Source: a virus
Length of the DNA stretch: 64,000 bases
Reading direction: 5' to 3' (one strand)
Virus record (IMG/VR): IMGVR_UViG_3300017917_004998
Span: 32,001 to 96,000 of that record
A program made the position numbers and the translations under genes. The notes below the pieces were generated by a model, which did not search any database, was not told where the DNA came from, and saw only the letters and a program-made list of their open reading frames with translations. Shown piece after piece: positions 35,291-45,926 of this stretch (position 1 is the first letter of the stretch; every line of letters starts with the position of its first letter).

Positions 35291-36136
35291 ATGATATCTT
35301 TTAGATCAATTGGTTATATGGGAAGACTTGGGAACCAGATGTTCCAGTTTGCATCTTCTGTTGCAATTGCAAAAAGACTTGGTTATGATGTATTTTTTCC
35401 TATTGAAAATTGTTTTTCCGTTTATCCAAATGGTCCAATTGATCCTAAGACAAATTTACACATCCCGGTCAAATGTGACCTATTAGATTGCTTCGATATT
35501 CCGCTATCTTTTTTTAGAAAATCCGGCGAGATCTCAACACAATCAACTGTACAAGAGAGAACGTTTACTTTCGATCCAGATATGTTTAACATCAGCGATG
35601 GATCGGATCTATCAGGATATTTCCAGACTGAAAAATACTTCAAATCTATCAGGGAAGATATCTTAGAATATTTTTCATTCAAATCTGAAATTTCAGAGAG
35701 AGCTTCAGAATACTGGACAGAAAACATTGGAGTTTTTTTGGACAACTCTAAATCTGTTTCTGTACACGTTAGAAGAGGTGATTATACTCTATATCCTGGA
35801 CATCACCCAGTTTGTTCTGATGAATATTACACCGAGGCTATTTCCAGATTTGACACAGGTCACAAGTTTATTGTTTTCTCTGATGACCTTGATTGGTGCA
35901 AAGAGAAATTTGGGTCAGATCAATTTTTTGTAGTTGATTCTGGTAGCCCCTTTGTCGATCTCATGTTGATGTCGATGTGTGATCATCACATTAATGCTAA
36001 TAGCTCTTTTAGTTGGTGGGGATCCTGGCTAAATCGGAATGAAGACAGGATAACTATTTGTCCTTCTAATTGGTTTGGTCCCATGATAGATAAAAATACT
36101 AAGGATGTATACTGCACAGGATGGGAGATAATTTAA
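35291..36136 (+). CDS. GT11 alpha-1,2-fucosyltransferase-like
   Basis: GRLGNQMFQ, VHVRRGDY, NSSFSWWG. Confidence 0.9.
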   Translation: MISFRSIGYMGRLGNQMFQFASSVAIAKRLGYDVFFPIENCFSVYPNGPIDPKTNLHIPVKCDLLDCFDIPLSFFRKSGEISTQSTVQERTFTFDPDMFNISDGSDLSGYFQTEKYFKSIREDILEYFSFKSEISERASEYWTENIGVFLDNSKSVSVHVRRGDYTLYPGHHPVCSDEYYTEAISRFDTGHKFIVFSDDLDWCKEKFGSDQFFVVDSGSPFVDLMLMSMCDHHINANSSFSWWGSWLNRNEDRITICPSNWFGPMIDKNTKDVYCTGWEII

Positions 36137-36882
36137 AAAATAACTTTTTTAGCATTACGATCAATACTTTCAACCACGAGGATTGGATTGAAAATTGTTT
36201 ATTGAGTTGCTTAAATCAGGACTATGATAATTTTGAGGTAATTGTTATAGACGACATTTCAAACGACAGTACTTTTGAGATATGCAAAAGTGTCCAGGAG
36301 AGATTTCCGGACAGACTGATTGCAATTCAAAACAAAGAAAAAATATACTCACAGGTTAGAAACATACTGGAACTTACCAGATTATCAAAGCCAGGCTCTA
36401 TCGTTATCTCCGCTGATGGAGACGATTGTTTAAAAAACGATCAGGTTTTAAACAAGCTTAATTCTGTTTATAACAGTGGTGAAGTTTGGATGACGTACGG
36501 AAGATACGAAGAGTTTCCATATCGTGACGTCTCGTCTAGCTATTATGCTTATCCTGACATTGTTGTTGAAAAAAATCTTTTCAGAGAACATAGATGGATG
36601 GCTTCACATTTAAGATCTTATAAAAGGGAGCTTTTTTTAAAAATTGACGAGAATGATTTTAAATTACCTGATGGTCAGTGGCTAGACGTTACTGGAGACC
36701 AGGCTTTTATGCTACCAATGTTGGAAATGTCATCTGAAAGAAGCCGGTTTATTGCTGACATTCTTTACGTTTATAATGTTGCAAACCCAACTAGAGACGG
36801 AGCAACAAAGGTAGCTAGGCAAGAAGAGGTTGCAAGGTACATCAGATCTAAACAAAAATACTCAAGATTACAATCACTTTAA
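36121..36882 (+). CDS. GT2 glycosyltransferase
   Basis: FEVIVIDDISND, DGDD. Confidence 0.85.
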   Translation: MGDNLKNNFFSITINTFNHEDWIENCLLSCLNQDYDNFEVIVIDDISNDSTFEICKSVQERFPDRLIAIQNKEKIYSQVRNILELTRLSKPGSIVISADGDDCLKNDQVLNKLNSVYNSGEVWMTYGRYEEFPYRDVSSSYYAYPDIVVEKNLFREHRWMASHLRSYKRELFLKIDENDFKLPDGQWLDVTGDQAFMLPMLEMSSERSRFIADILYVYNVANPTRDGATKVARQEEVARYIRSKQKYSRLQSL

Positions 36883-36883
36883 G

Positions 36884-37594
36884 ATGGACAAAAAATTTTT
36901 TATTGCGATCCTCTCTCACTCCAAAAGTATCCATAGAGAAACGCAAAAGACATTACTCTTTGAAACGAATAGGGATAGATTTATAATTTATTACTTCATC
37001 GGTGATCCCACGTTAGAATGTGAGTACAAGGTTGATGCAGAAAATAATATCGTTTATCTCAACGTCCCTGATAATTATGAGTCCCTACCATACAAAACAT
37101 ACGGAGCAATAAAATTTGCTTATGATAATTTTTCTGACCAGATACACGGGGTTCTAAAAACAGACGACGACATTGCATTGGATTTAGATAAGGTGCACAC
37201 GTACCTGGAGGAAAATAAGGATACAGCATACTGCGGGATTGCAACGGTAATTTCGGATCCTCACAATCTATCAAGATGGCACATGGGAAAATGTGAATCG
37301 CCAATTCTTAATGCTACACCGCAAAGGATTCCATTAACTGTCTATTGTGCGGGAGGTGGATATTATCTTAATCTGAGTTCTATGCAAAAATTTGTCTGGT
37401 CTAAGGACTTGTTAAACGGTATGATCTTCGAAGATGCTGCAACAGGTTATGTTTTGAATTCGAATGGCATATTTCCAAAGTCGATAAATCTAATGGAGCA
37501 TGGCTTTTATTGGGAAGGCATATCGCCGCCAAGAAATTACCAAGTAGTAGCAAGCAGTCAAAGTAACACAGAGGGACCACTGGGATTAAAATGA
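36884..37594 (+). CDS. GT31-like galactosyltransferase
   Basis: LKTDDD, YCAGGGYYL, FEDAATG. Confidence 0.7.
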   Translation: MDKKFFIAILSHSKSIHRETQKTLLFETNRDRFIIYYFIGDPTLECEYKVDAENNIVYLNVPDNYESLPYKTYGAIKFAYDNFSDQIHGVLKTDDDIALDLDKVHTYLEENKDTAYCGIATVISDPHNLSRWHMGKCESPILNATPQRIPLTVYCAGGGYYLNLSSMQKFVWSKDLLNGMIFEDAATGYVLNSNGIFPKSINLMEHGFYWEGISPPRNYQVVASSQSNTEGPLGLK

Positions 37595-38277
37595 TGATAT
37601 CAATTTGCATACCATGCTATGAGATGGGAGGTAAAGGGCAGGAATTGCTCAAAAAATCCTTCGATAAAATTAAAGATCAGACTCATAAAGATTTTGAGGT
37701 TGTAATTTCAGACCACAGCCTGGACGATAGAATCAAGGATCTTTGTGAAGAGTATTCTGTATTTTTTAATATATCATACTTCAGAAATACAAAGGACAGG
37801 GGTAACTTTTCAAGTAATTTAAATAACGCTATCCGCAATGCATCTGGTGAAATAATTAAGCTACTAATGCAGGACGATTACATTATGGACACGGCATTTT
37901 TAGAATCAACAGATCTGATTTTCGCAGACCCTTCAGTGTATTGGTCTGCTTGTGGATGTTTTTCAGGGTGGAATGAAAACGATTACAAAACACTAATTCC
38001 TAGATATGAAGATTTTCCAATCTCCAGATGTGTGAATACTATAGGCAGTCCAAGCGTAATAACTATAAGAAATAAAGATGTACAATACTTTGACGAAGGA
38101 TTAAGCTGGGTAGTTGACCTAGACTATTACAAGAAGATGTACTCAGTCTTCGGAGAACCGCACGTGCTACCACATTATTCCATTTTCGTGCAAAGACACC
38201 CAGACCAGATAACAAACACTCTCTCTGATGCTGAAAAAACTGTCGAGGAGCTAGAACTTAGAAGAAGATATGCTTGA
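37591..38277 (+). CDS. GT2 glycosyltransferase
   Basis: ISICIPCY, EVVISDHS, MQDD. Confidence 0.85.
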   Translation: MMISICIPCYEMGGKGQELLKKSFDKIKDQTHKDFEVVISDHSLDDRIKDLCEEYSVFFNISYFRNTKDRGNFSSNLNNAIRNASGEIIKLLMQDDYIMDTAFLESTDLIFADPSVYWSACGCFSGWNENDYKTLIPRYEDFPISRCVNTIGSPSVITIRNKDVQYFDEGLSWVVDLDYYKKMYSVFGEPHVLPHYSIFVQRHPDQITNTLSDAEKTVEELELRRRYA

Positions 38278-38929
38278 TTTAAAAAACGTAACACTTATTG
38301 CTTTAACTAGTGTGAGAATACCACAAACAGTTAAAGCACTCGAATACAGCTGTCGTGGGATTAACTTCGGATCTGTTAAATTGGCTTCCGATGTTAAGCC
38401 AGACTTTTTACCTGATTATATCACTCACGAGTTCACAGAGAAAAGCTCTAATATCGACGAGTGGAACTATAACATAATTTACAATTTATCCAAACACATT
38501 GAAACCGACTATGCTATTCTGATTCATGACAATGGATTTATAGTTAACCCTGAATCCTGGAGAGACGAATTTCTTAATTATGATTATATTGGTGCTCCCT
38601 GGCCTCTCCCATCAGACGATTTTTCATACAGAGATATAAATGGAGAAATCATTAGACAAGGAAATAGCGTTTCTTTAAGGAGTAAAAAACTAATAGATGT
38701 TCCAAATAAGCTAGATCTCGAATGGAAAGATTTCCACGGGTTTACGAACGAGGACGGGTTTATCTGTGTGAATTATAGACACAGGTATATAGAGGAGGGT
38801 TGCAAATTTGCAGATCTTGACGTTGCAAAATATTTTTCACACGAGACACAGCTGGAAGAAATCAAGGGCATAAAGCCTTTTGCATTCCATAACTATTACG
38901 GGAATAACAGCAATTACCCTAAATTCTGA
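38270..38929 (+). CDS. DUF5672-type glycosyltransferase-associated protein
   Basis: DYDYIGAPW, GN.VSLRS, NED.FI, PFAFH. Confidence 0.65.
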   Translation: MLDLKNVTLIALTSVRIPQTVKALEYSCRGINFGSVKLASDVKPDFLPDYITHEFTEKSSNIDEWNYNIIYNLSKHIETDYAILIHDNGFIVNPESWRDEFLNYDYIGAPWPLPSDDFSYRDINGEIIRQGNSVSLRSKKLIDVPNKLDLEWKDFHGFTNEDGFICVNYRHRYIEEGCKFADLDVAKYFSHETQLEEIKGIKPFAFHNYYGNNSNYPKF

Positions 38930-38932
38930 CAA

Positions 38933-39571
38933 ATGAAAAAAACAAAGCCATTTTTTGTAATCTCTAGATACTCGGAGGATCCTTCGTGGGTAAAAGATAT
39001 AACAGACAACTATATCATCTATAACAAAGGGAACGAGCTATCACCAGAATTTAAACAAAAATTGCTCCCTAATTTTGGAGGAAACCAATACGACATATTT
39101 AGCTTTATTCACGAGAACTATAACGATCTTCCAGAGTTAATGATTTTTGTACAGGGTGACCCTTTCGACCACTGTCTAAAAGAAAGATTTGACATGTTGA
39201 TTAAAAACGATTCTTACACCCAGCTTTTTGGTGACGTGAACTATCCAGATGGTGAATATGATGAACCCAATAACAATTGGTATATAGATCCAGTGCAGAG
39301 AGACAAAAATATCAAATCAAGCATCGGTAGTTTTGACGAGTATGCACAGATGATTTTTGGAGATTACACACCACTGGACAGACTTAAATTTCCTCCAGGG
39401 TCTCAGATATTAGTAGAAAAAGACAGATGCAGATTTTACAGCAGAGAGTTTTGGGAAAAGCTCATGTCTTTAATCCCCAAGGAAATAGGTTTGAACGGTG
39501 GTGTAGAAGCCCACATTATAGAAAGATCTATTGACCTAATTTTCCAAAATAAATATAAAGAGAAAATATAA
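38933..39571 (+). CDS. DUF3431-like protein
   Basis: VISRYSED..W, IIYNKG, FI..NY..LP....FVQG.PFDH, AHIIER. Confidence 0.6.
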   Translation: MKKTKPFFVISRYSEDPSWVKDITDNYIIYNKGNELSPEFKQKLLPNFGGNQYDIFSFIHENYNDLPELMIFVQGDPFDHCLKERFDMLIKNDSYTQLFGDVNYPDGEYDEPNNNWYIDPVQRDKNIKSSIGSFDEYAQMIFGDYTPLDRLKFPPGSQILVEKDRCRFYSREFWEKLMSLIPKEIGLNGGVEAHIIERSIDLIFQNKYKEKI

Positions 39572-39573
39572 AT

Positions 39574-40626
39574 ATGACAGAAAATAAAAAAGTCGAGGGT
39601 AGAAGCTTTACCAGCAATTCAGTTAAGCTACTTAAGCATCTAGATAAACTAAAAAGAATTCAAGATAACGAATCGCCTTCACCTGTGATGGCACACATAT
39701 CTCTGATCAATGCTTGCAACCTAACTTGTTCTTTTTGTTGCTTTGCTAATAGGGATTTATCAGATAGACTTTCTTTAGAAAAAGTAAAACAAGCATTAGA
39801 TTCTTTTAGAAAGATTGGAGTAACTGGTGTGGAATTTACTGGCGGTGGGGAGCCAACTCTACATCCAGACTTTCCAGAGATTGTAGATTATGCACATTCT
39901 TTAGGATTTAAACTTGGACTTTGTACCAACGGAAAAAACCTTGGTACAAAAATTAAAAAAGACACCGTTTCAAAATTCAGTTGGATCAGACTTGGCCTTT
40001 ATGGCTTTTACGAAAACTATGAATATGATCTTAGTGTATTCGAGGGTACTGAAACTTCAATTTCTGCAGCATATGTTTGGGACGAAGCTGTAGAAACATC
40101 AAGTAATCCAAATATTACTGGAAATTGGTCAGATCCCAAGAAAAAGATTTTGGCTAAGAATTTTCAGAAAAGGGAGAATTTTTTAAGAATGATAGATTGG
40201 GTTGAGAATAATAAGATACCAACAAGAATCGCATTTAATGCAATTAAAAATGTAGAAGAGGTAGAAAAGGACATTGCAACAATTCGTGAGGTCTTAGCAC
40301 AGCATGATCTAAGTTACGCTTTTCTATCAGATTTTAATTTTAAAGGAAGCAGAAGAAACGATCACTGCTACATGCACATGGTTAAGCCATTTCTTTTTAC
40401 CGATGGTTATATTTATGCTTGTCCTTCTGCAGAGCTATCTCTCGAAAACAATTACAACTATGTTCCAGAATCACAATTCATGGTTTGTGACATTGATGGG
40501 ATAGAAGAATTTTATAGCAAACCACCATCACTAAGACACCATGCCTGCAAATATTGTAAATATGCGATTCAGAACGAGCTGATAGACGACATAATTACAC
40601 CAACTTCGCACAACGAGTTTGCTTAA
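39574..40626 (+). CDS. radical SAM protein with C-terminal Cys-rich (SPASM-like) region
   Basis: CNLTCSFC, FTGGGEP, CP...CKYC. Confidence 0.88.
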   Translation: MTENKKVEGRSFTSNSVKLLKHLDKLKRIQDNESPSPVMAHISLINACNLTCSFCCFANRDLSDRLSLEKVKQALDSFRKIGVTGVEFTGGGEPTLHPDFPEIVDYAHSLGFKLGLCTNGKNLGTKIKKDTVSKFSWIRLGLYGFYENYEYDLSVFEGTETSISAAYVWDEAVETSSNPNITGNWSDPKKKILAKNFQKRENFLRMIDWVENNKIPTRIAFNAIKNVEEVEKDIATIREVLAQHDLSYAFLSDFNFKGSRRNDHCYMHMVKPFLFTDGYIYACPSAELSLENNYNYVPESQFMVCDIDGIEEFYSKPPSLRHHACKYCKYAIQNELIDDIITPTSHNEFA

Positions 40627-40662
40627 TGTGTGTAAGAACAGATTTTTTTGAAACGAAATAAG

Positions 40663-41295
40663 ATGAAAAAGAAAAATAATTTATTTGACCATGACTATTA
40701 CGAGAATGGTGTAAAACAAGGAATAAGCGGTTATGAGAATTATAAATGGATTCCGACAAGAAGTATTCCAGAAGCTATTACAATCTGCGAAAAAATCGAA
40801 TTTACTTCTGCTTTAGATTTTGGATGCGCAAAAGGATTTTTGGTTCATGCTTTAAGATTAATTAGCGATAAGCCAATCTATGGTGTAGATATAAGTGAAT
40901 ATGCAATAGAATCAAGCATCCCTCAAGTAAGAGATAGCCTATTTTTAATGGATGGAAAGCTTTCAGATTTATCAATTAACGTGGATCTAATTATTGCTAA
41001 AGATGTTTTAGAGCACATTCCTGAGGAAGACATAGATGATGTTTTTGCTGAATTCTATAAAACCTGTAATAAAGCTTTTTTAGTAATCCCGTTGGGCGAC
41101 AACGACTCTTTTAGAATTAGAGAGTATGAAATGGACAGGACACACGTCACCAAAAAAGATGAAGAGTGGTGGTTTGATAAAATAAGAAAGTCTGGATTCA
41201 AACTTAAATTTTTTGATTATTCATTGGGTAATATCAAAGAAAAATGGATTGGCCCACACAAATACGGTAACGGATTTTTTATTATAGAAAAATGA
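40663..41295 (+). CDS. class I SAM-dependent methyltransferase
   Basis: LDFGCAKG, GVDISEYA, DVLEH. Confidence 0.85.
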   Translation: MKKKNNLFDHDYYENGVKQGISGYENYKWIPTRSIPEAITICEKIEFTSALDFGCAKGFLVHALRLISDKPIYGVDISEYAIESSIPQVRDSLFLMDGKLSDLSINVDLIIAKDVLEHIPEEDIDDVFAEFYKTCNKAFLVIPLGDNDSFRIREYEMDRTHVTKKDEEWWFDKIRKSGFKLKFFDYSLGNIKEKWIGPHKYGNGFFIIEK

Positions 41296-42203
41296 TTACC
41301 ACGAATTTAACAGGTAATCTCGGGAACCACATGTGGCAATATGCCGTGTGTAGAGCGGTAGCTGAAAAGGTTGGTTTTGAGTGGGGTATTAATCCTACAC
41401 CAACACACGATTACCACAATGGTATGAATCAGATGTATTTTATGGATGTGGATTTTGGTAAAATTCCAGCTGGTGATTTTACAGATTTTCACGAAAGATG
41501 GATATCATACAAGCACATAGATGATGTGAATATAACTTTGTTGGATCCAAGAGTTTATGAGATAGCAGACAACACAAGGCTAATCGGTCATAACGGTGCT
41601 TTTGGTGGAATCTATCAATGCGAGGATTACCTAATCGAAAGAAAAGATGAAATTTACAATTGGTTTAAGATTGGTGATAGTTACAGAAATAAATATTCGG
41701 ATGAAATTAAAAATCTAGGGTTTACGACAGATGAAAATCTTTGCATCATTAATTTTAGAGGTGGGGAATATGTTGGTTTAACAAACGTAATTCTCAGAAA
41801 AGAATATTGGAGAGATGCTATTAACAGTATGCTTTCGTTAAACCCTAATATGAAATTTCTGGTTGTGACTGATGATGTCAATGCTTCAAAAATGTACATG
41901 CCTTTTGATATTCCGACTATCCACGGAGAAATTGGTTTTGATTTTTTTGTCATCAACGAAGCACATTGGTTGATAATTTCCAACTCCACATTTGGCTGGT
42001 GGGGTGCTTGGCTAAACAGAAAAGCAAAGAAAATTATAGCACCCAAATTCTGGGCAAGACACAACGTTAGCGATGGATATTGGGCAACTGGAGAATCCTA
42101 CACCAGAGGATTTACATATTTAGATAGAAATGGTGAAGAATTCGATTACGAAACCTGCAAAGCAGAAGCTCTATCTTATTATAAATCAAAACAAATTTTA
42201 TGA
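41292..42203 (+). CDS. GT11 alpha-1,2-fucosyltransferase-like (second copy)
   Basis: GNLGNHMWQ, INFRGGEY, NSTFGWWG. Confidence 0.85.
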   Translation: MITTNLTGNLGNHMWQYAVCRAVAEKVGFEWGINPTPTHDYHNGMNQMYFMDVDFGKIPAGDFTDFHERWISYKHIDDVNITLLDPRVYEIADNTRLIGHNGAFGGIYQCEDYLIERKDEIYNWFKIGDSYRNKYSDEIKNLGFTTDENLCIINFRGGEYVGLTNVILRKEYWRDAINSMLSLNPNMKFLVVTDDVNASKMYMPFDIPTIHGEIGFDFFVINEAHWLIISNSTFGWWGAWLNRKAKKIIAPKFWARHNVSDGYWATGESYTRGFTYLDRNGEEFDYETCKAEALSYYKSKQIL

Positions 42204-43129
42204 AATTAAATCTATTGGAATATGAAGAGCTGCAGAGAATCGTAGATTACTCTTTTGGCGACCAGTCGGGGGTTCTTGGCAACGTTCCGAATGCTTATAT
42301 GAAGAAAGCAAATTCAAGCAATAACGAATTTGTAGAAGCTGTAAATCTGCACAACGGAAAAGTAATGACTTTGTTCATAGACAACATCAGACTGTATAGG
42401 AGAAAGATAGATTATTCTGATTGGCTGCACAAAAAACCAATATCAGTGCAAGACAAGAATTGGCTATCTCAATTTGATGACGAGGATCTTCTCGAGCTTT
42501 GTTCTAAATTTCCAACTAAGGAATTTGCAATCTTTACTGCATTTGAGGATACGCCTCTGGACCATTTTATTGAAGGCAGGATTCCAAAGAACGTAAGATC
42601 GATTAATGCAACTAATGCTGTTTATCTTTGCGACAAGATTTTTCCAATGCCACACGGGCTGGAGAGAATAATGAGACCAGGTTACGATCACCACGAGATA
42701 CTCAAAAGGTATATCGATATAGATACACCTGCTACAAAGCTAATGTATGTCAACCATAGGGACGACACTGGAGAAAGAGGTGGTCTTAGAGATATGTTCA
42801 GAGGATGGGCAACAATTTCTGAAAGGTTAACTTATGAACCATACATATCTTCACTAAAGGATCACAAATTTGTTCTATGTCCAAGTGGCAATGGAATTGG
42901 TTCAGCTAGAAATTGGGAAACACTCTATATGAGAAGGGTTCCTGTTTTGGAATGGCATCCTTACAAAGAGGTTGTGTTCAACGGATTCCCTGTTCTTTAT
43001 GTAGAGAGTTATTCGGAGGTTACCCAGGATTTGCTTGAAAAAAATATACATCTTTACGAAACTGCTTTAAATATGGATATGCAAAAACTAGATCTATTAA
43101 AAATTTACAACGAAAGGATCTTAATATGA
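42200..43129 (+). CDS. exostosin-like (GT47) protein
   Basis: HKFVLCPSGNG...RNWETLYM..VPV. Confidence 0.65.
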   Translation: MKLNLLEYEELQRIVDYSFGDQSGVLGNVPNAYMKKANSSNNEFVEAVNLHNGKVMTLFIDNIRLYRRKIDYSDWLHKKPISVQDKNWLSQFDDEDLLELCSKFPTKEFAIFTAFEDTPLDHFIEGRIPKNVRSINATNAVYLCDKIFPMPHGLERIMRPGYDHHEILKRYIDIDTPATKLMYVNHRDDTGERGGLRDMFRGWATISERLTYEPYISSLKDHKFVLCPSGNGIGSARNWETLYMRRVPVLEWHPYKEVVFNGFPVLYVESYSEVTQDLLEKNIHLYETALNMDMQKLDLLKIYNERILI

Positions 43130-43869
43130 TTTACGATTGCTTTACATTTTTTAACGAGCTTGATTTGCTCGAGATACGACTCAACATCCTCGATGAGCAT
43201 GTTGATTATTTCGTTTTAGCTGAATGCGAAGAGACTTTTAGCGGGCTTAAAAAACCTCTGTACTATAGCGAGAACAAAAGCAGATTTTCTAAATGGAACC
43301 ATAAGATAATACACCACGTTAACGATAAACTTGAAACCACAAATTCTTTCGAAAGGGCTTTTCACCAAAAGGAAAATATAATTAAATCAATTGGTCATCT
43401 TGACGATAACGATATAGTTTATTATGGAGATCTTGATGAGATATGGAAACCACAGGATGTTGACGATAAAGTTTATAAATTGCACCAATTGAATTACGCT
43501 TACTATTTGAATTATAGATCAAGTGAAAAATGGATAGGAACTTTAGTTGGTAGATACAAAAACATCAAAGACCCGGGATTCAATCATTTAAGAGCAAATC
43601 CAACCAATTTCAAGCAAGACGGCGGATGGCATTTTACAAGCATGGGTGGTCCAGACCAAATTAGAAAGAAATTAGAATCGTACGATCACCAGGAATACAA
43701 CCTGTCTTGGATCAAGGAAACAATAGAGCAAAGAATGGAATCTGGACAAGATTTTGTGGGCAGACCTCATGATTGGCAAGGAAAGCCGTTTTCATTTAGA
43801 GTGGACGAGACCGATCTACCAGTTTACATTTTAGAAAACAGAGAAAGATATTCAAGTTATTTCAAATGA
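43126..43869 (+). CDS. GT17 (beta-1,4-GlcNAc transferase III-like) glycosyltransferase
   Basis: MIYDCFTFFNELDLLEIRL, GDLDEI, GGWHF. Confidence 0.85.
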   Translation: MIYDCFTFFNELDLLEIRLNILDEHVDYFVLAECEETFSGLKKPLYYSENKSRFSKWNHKIIHHVNDKLETTNSFERAFHQKENIIKSIGHLDDNDIVYYGDLDEIWKPQDVDDKVYKLHQLNYAYYLNYRSSEKWIGTLVGRYKNIKDPGFNHLRANPTNFKQDGGWHFTSMGGPDQIRKKLESYDHQEYNLSWIKETIEQRMESGQDFVGRPHDWQGKPFSFRVDETDLPVYILENRERYSSYFK

Positions 43870-43914
43870 AACTATTTAGATAATAATTCTACTAATCATG
43901 ATAAAACTAAGTAA

Positions 43915-45201
43915 ATGGTAAACACTGAAAATATTAAGGGATTAGTAGGTAATCACGTTTCTCCTTACATCTACAATGCTAAAGAATTCCAGCCAGGTAA
44001 GACACCGATCTATTATTCTGGACCTTATTGGGACAACAGAGAAACTGAAGCAGCAATCGACTCAATTCTAAACGGTAAGTGGATTACCTCTGGAGAAAAG
44101 GTTTTTCTCTTTGAAAAATATTTCAGTAATAAATTCAACTGCAAACACTCGCTGATGGTGAATTCTGGATCATCAGCAAATTTAGTCATGATTACTGCTC
44201 TGAAGAAAAGATTCGGATGGCAGGATGGTGACGAGATTATAGTTTCTCCTGTCGGGTTCCCGACAACAATTTCTGTCTTATATCAGAATAGACTGAAACC
44301 TGTTTTCATTGACATCGAATGGGAAACTTTGAATTTTGATGTCGACCAGATTGAGGATAAAATAACTCCAAGAACCAAAGGAATATTTGTTTCTCCTGTT
44401 TTGGGTAATCCTCCAGATTTCGATAAGTTGATTGCAATTTGCGAAAAGCACAACATTAAGCTTATCGGCGACAACTGCGATAGCTTAGGTTCCAAGTGGA
44501 ATGGAAAATATCTAAATGAATATTATGTTGCTTTTTCCAACTCGTTTTATCCTGCACACCACATTTCTACTGGAGAGGGAGGCATGGTATGTACAGACGA
44601 TGCAGAGCTTAAGAAGCTTCTGGTTAGCATTGCTTGGTGGGGTAGGGATTGCTATTGTGTTGGCTCTGCAAATCTTTTATCTTGTGGAACATGCGGTAGT
44701 AGATTTGACAATTGGTTGGAAACCTACGACGGTGTAGTAGATCACAAGTATGTTTTTTCCAACATGGGCTATAACTTAAAGCCATTGGATTTACAGGGTG
44801 CAATTGGTCTAATCCAGCTAGAGAAGTTCGATGAGATTGAGAGAAACCGTAAGCACTCCAAAAGCACAATCGAAAAGATATTTACAGACAACATCCAAGG
44901 CATTAAAGGTATTAAATCTCTTGAAGGATCAGACGTTAGCTGGTTTGGAACTCCTTTTGTCTGCGAGGAACCAGGCATGAAGCATAGACTGGTTCAATAT
45001 CTCGAGGACAATAAGATACAGACCAGAAATTATTTTGCCGGCAATATCCTTATCCATCCTGGATATAGCTTCCTTGGAGATTACAAGGAATTTCCTGAAG
45101 CAAACAAGGTTTTGGATCGCGTCTTCTTCATAGGAGCTGCTCCACACTACACAGAGCCAGTTTTTGAGTATATTGAAGAAATCGTAAAAGGGTTCAAATG
45201 A
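43915..45201 (+). CDS. rfbH: RfbH/DdhC-type PLP-dependent sugar dehydrase (DegT family)
   Basis: NSGSSANL, DNCDSLG, SFYPAHHISTGEGG, WGRDCYC, RNYFAGN. Confidence 0.8.
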   Translation: MVNTENIKGLVGNHVSPYIYNAKEFQPGKTPIYYSGPYWDNRETEAAIDSILNGKWITSGEKVFLFEKYFSNKFNCKHSLMVNSGSSANLVMITALKKRFGWQDGDEIIVSPVGFPTTISVLYQNRLKPVFIDIEWETLNFDVDQIEDKITPRTKGIFVSPVLGNPPDFDKLIAICEKHNIKLIGDNCDSLGSKWNGKYLNEYYVAFSNSFYPAHHISTGEGGMVCTDDAELKKLLVSIAWWGRDCYCVGSANLLSCGTCGSRFDNWLETYDGVVDHKYVFSNMGYNLKPLDLQGAIGLIQLEKFDEIERNRKHSKSTIEKIFTDNIQGIKGIKSLEGSDVSWFGTPFVCEEPGMKHRLVQYLEDNKIQTRNYFAGNILIHPGYSFLGDYKEFPEANKVLDRVFFIGAAPHYTEPVFEYIEEIVKGFK

Positions 45202-45884
45202 TAGCTATCCTGGGAGACGGGATACTTGGTACAGAACTTAAATCGCAGAGTGGTTGGAACCAGATTAGTAGGTCCAGGAATGGATTTGATCTGACTGATA
45301 CAAACACCTGGGGAAATCTTTTAAAAGGGTACCAATGTATCGTGAACTGTATTGCTTACACAAACACATACGGTACAAGTTTTGATCCGAATTGGCATGT
45401 TAATGTTCAAGGTGTAAAAAATCTAATCGACTATTGCAATCTCAATAACGTTAAATTGGTTCACATTTCTACAGATTACGTCTATGCAAATTCAGTATCA
45501 AAAGCTAGCGAAGCAGATGTACCGGTACACCTTCGTACATGGTACGGCTATACGAAATTAGTTGGAGATGCGCTGGTTCAGCTCGAAAGCAAAAACTACC
45601 TAATCTGCAGGGAATCACATAAACCATTTCCATTTCCGTACGAGAAAGCATGGAACGATCAATTTACTAATGGCGATTATGTTACAACAATTTCTGAGAT
45701 CATCATTAAACTAATAAAGAACGGAGCATCTGGTGTTTTTAACGTCGGAACTGATGTTAAGACGTGGTCAGGTCTTACCGGTTCAGAGCCAATAGAAAGA
45801 CCCGCGGACACACCAGGAGATGTTACGATGGACATTTCAAAATTAAAAGATTTTTTGAATTCAGAGAAAGATCTTTCTAAATAG
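45198..45884 (+). CDS. RmlD-like NDP-4-keto-sugar reductase
   Basis: ILGDGILG, NCIAYT, HISTDYV, YGYTK. Confidence 0.8.
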   Translation: MIAILGDGILGTELKSQSGWNQISRSRNGFDLTDTNTWGNLLKGYQCIVNCIAYTNTYGTSFDPNWHVNVQGVKNLIDYCNLNNVKLVHISTDYVYANSVSKASEADVPVHLRTWYGYTKLVGDALVQLESKNYLICRESHKPFPFPYEKAWNDQFTNGDYVTTISEIIIKLIKNGASGVFNVGTDVKTWSGLTGSEPIERPADTPGDVTMDISKLKDFLNSEKDLSK

Positions 45885-45926
45885 AACAAAATTTCGTAAT
45901 TTTGCTTTACCATCTTAAGAAGCATC

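Noticed and set aside
33978-42203. DLIDLGF (HAD protein) and EIKNLGF (GT11) as members of the DLxxLGF tag family
   Set aside because: Both lie inside conserved enzyme folds and are likely chance matches, so they were not counted.
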